17,484 bases of DNA from contig PKZK01000175.1 in assembly GCA_003133025.1 (NCBI GenBank), positions 16,630 to 34,113 of the forward strand. Reading direction: 5' to 3'. This document shows, one piece after another, positions 16,286 through 17,484 of the stretch (position 1 is the first letter of the stretch; every line of letters begins with the position of its first letter). Under the pieces are notes generated by a model, which was given only the letters and a program-made list of their open reading frames with translations, did not search any database and had not been told where the DNA came from. Both the position numbers and the translations under genes were made by a program. The stretch is from Vulcanimicrobiota bacterium (GTDB lineage: Bacteria > Vulcanimicrobiota > Vulcanimicrobiia > Vulcanimicrobiales > Vulcanimicrobiaceae).

Positions 16286-17080
16286 CTAATGCGGCACCGG
16301 GCAGCCCGCGCCGTTGGAGCCGCCGCCGAGATACGTACGCACTTCCCACAGTTCGGGGAAGAATTTCTTGACCAGCGTTTTTTCGAGATAACCCACGCCG
16401 AGCGAGCCGCCGGTGCCCGGCTTCATCCCGATCATGCGCTCGACCATGCGCACGTGACGACCCCGCCAGAGCAGAAAACGCTCGTCGAACTCGATCAAAT
16501 CCTCGAGCAGCAGATAGAGATCGTAATGCTGCTCGTCGTGCTCGTAGATTCGGCGATAGGTTTCGATCAATTCGGCGTGCGTGGCGGTCGCATAGCCGCG
16601 GCGGCCTAAGAGCGCCTTGAGCACCTCGGGCAGCGTCGGTGCTTCGAGACGATGCTCGAGCCGAACGCGCTCGGCGCCGGTGGGCTCCAAGAAGGTGAGA
16701 TAGCCCGTCTTTTGGGCCCCGCACAGGAACTCGATCTCGCGGAACTGGGCCGATTGGAAGCCGCTGGCCGGATCGAGGCGGTATCGAAACGCGTTGAATT
16801 CCTGGGGCGTCATCGTCTCGAGAATCTCGACCTGGGATTCGAGCACGCGCTGGATGGCGTGAATGCGCCGGAAGTTCTTGCCCACCCGGAGCAACTCGTC
16901 GCGCTCCATGTGGCGCATCGCGGCTTCGATCTCGTGGAGCATCTGCTTGAACCAGAGTTCGTAGACCTGATGGATCACGATGAAGAGCAGCTCGTCGTGC
17001 TCCGGCGGCTCGCTTTGGGGGACCTGCAGGGCCAGCAGCTCGTCGACCTTCAGGTACGAGCCATACGTCAGCGTAGACAT
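16286..17080 (-). CDS. kynA: Tryptophan 2,3-dioxygenase (264 aa)
   Basis: Diagnostic motifs YGSYL..DELL.LQ, HDELLFIVIHQVYELWFKQ, LETMTP.EF..FR, SGFQS.QFR.IE, WR.RH..MVERMIG.K.GTGGS.GV.YL and FFPELW.VRT. Confidence 0.97.
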   Translation of the reverse strand: MSTLTYGSYLKVDELLALQVPQSEPPEHDELLFIVIHQVYELWFKQMLHEIEAAMRHMERDELLRVGKNFRRIHAIQRVLESQVEILETMTPQEFNAFRYRLDPASGFQSAQFREIEFLCGAQKTGYLTFLEPTGAERVRLEHRLEAPTLPEVLKALLGRRGYATATHAELIETYRRIYEHDEQHYDLYLLLEDLIEFDERFLLWRGRHVRMVERMIGMKPGTGGSLGVGYLEKTLVKKFFPELWEVRTYLGGGSNGAGCPVPH

Positions 17081-17199
17081 TATCCCGGTTGATTCAGCCG
17101 CGAACCGGCCAAATCCGGTAGATCGGCCGGGCGGAGGGCCGACCCGACGGGGCGGGCTGGATTGGATGGTGACCTTTTCGCGACCTCTTTGGGACTTTG

Positions 17200-17208
17200 T
17201 GATAGACT
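17200..17208 (+). promoter_or_regulatory. Putative extended -10 promoter element for the right-edge gene
   Basis: TG-A-TAGACT matches TGnTAnnnT, about 60 nt upstream of ATG 17267. There is no convincing -35 element. Confidence 0.35.
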
Positions 17209-17266
17209 AAGAGCGAGGCGTATTCCGATCGGCGCATGCGGTCTCGCTTCCAGCGCTGGAGGACTT

Positions 17267-17484
17267 ATGTACAGTGTCAAATCGCGGTCGACGAGTGGTA
17301 GGATTTCGATCGGAAATCGCCTAGGTGCTGCTCGACCTCTAGGGTGGTTCATTGGAGGCGTGCTCGCGATGTCTACGACTGCGTGCTCCTCATCGACGAT
17401 CGCGTCCACGCCTGTGGGCCCGAGCGACTTACAAGCCTCGAGCATAAGATCGATGTTGCGGGGTAGTGCCCGGAAAAGTGTGTA
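17267..17484 (+). CDS. N-terminus of a probable lipoprotein (runs off the right edge)
   Basis: Strong RBS GGAGG just before ATG 17267. The frame is open to the edge: MYSVKSRSTSGRISIGNRLGAARPLGWFIGGVLAMSTTACSSSTIASTPVGPSDLQASSIRSMLRGSARKSV, with a hydrophobic stretch, lipobox-like TTAC and a Ser-rich tether. Not in the ORF track. Confidence 0.65.
   Translation, partial: MYSVKSRSTSGRISIGNRLGAARPLGWFIGGVLAMSTTACSSSTIASTPVGPSDLQASSIRSMLRGSARKSV

Noticed and set aside
17080..17445. 121-aa minus-strand ORF abutting the kynA start
   Set aside because: It has no recognisable motifs and lies antisense to a better-supported plus-strand start (RBS, lipobox) across the likely divergent promoter region. 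It is not fully excluded.
1..17484. CRISPR arrays, IS elements, integrases, rRNA or tRNA genes
   Set aside because: I saw no regularly spaced repeats, terminal inverted repeats, transposase or recombinase motifs, or structural RNA signatures.

Overview
GC-rich bacterial window dominated by cell-envelope and secreted proteins. The gene style (GCSGG-lipobox beta-propeller lipoproteins, phosphoesterases ending in PS..APDDD, CarboxypepD_reg TonB-dependent-receptor-like proteins, a PDZ-TM-GAF protein) reminds me of Ca. Eremiobacterota/Vulcanimicrobiota, but that is inference. In order: two tandem paralogous beta-propeller lipoproteins (minus; the first runs off the left edge), a structured divergent intergenic region, two tandem phosphoesterase/phospholipase C (AcpA/Plc) paralogs (plus), a probable gene remnant, and a large TonB-dependent-receptor-like gene with an unusual ~270-aa C-terminal extension (minus). 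Then comes a tightly packed plus-strand run (Amidase_3, PQQ-like propeller, small secreted protein, YVTN/YncE propeller, output-less PDZ-multiTM-GAF protein, compact TBDR-like protein), a convergent tryptophan 2,3-dioxygenase (kynA) with a CPVPH tail, and the start of another probable lipoprotein at the right edge. I found no rRNA, tRNA, CRISPR array, transposase, integrase or reverse transcriptase. All domain calls are by-eye motif recognition; no searches were run.
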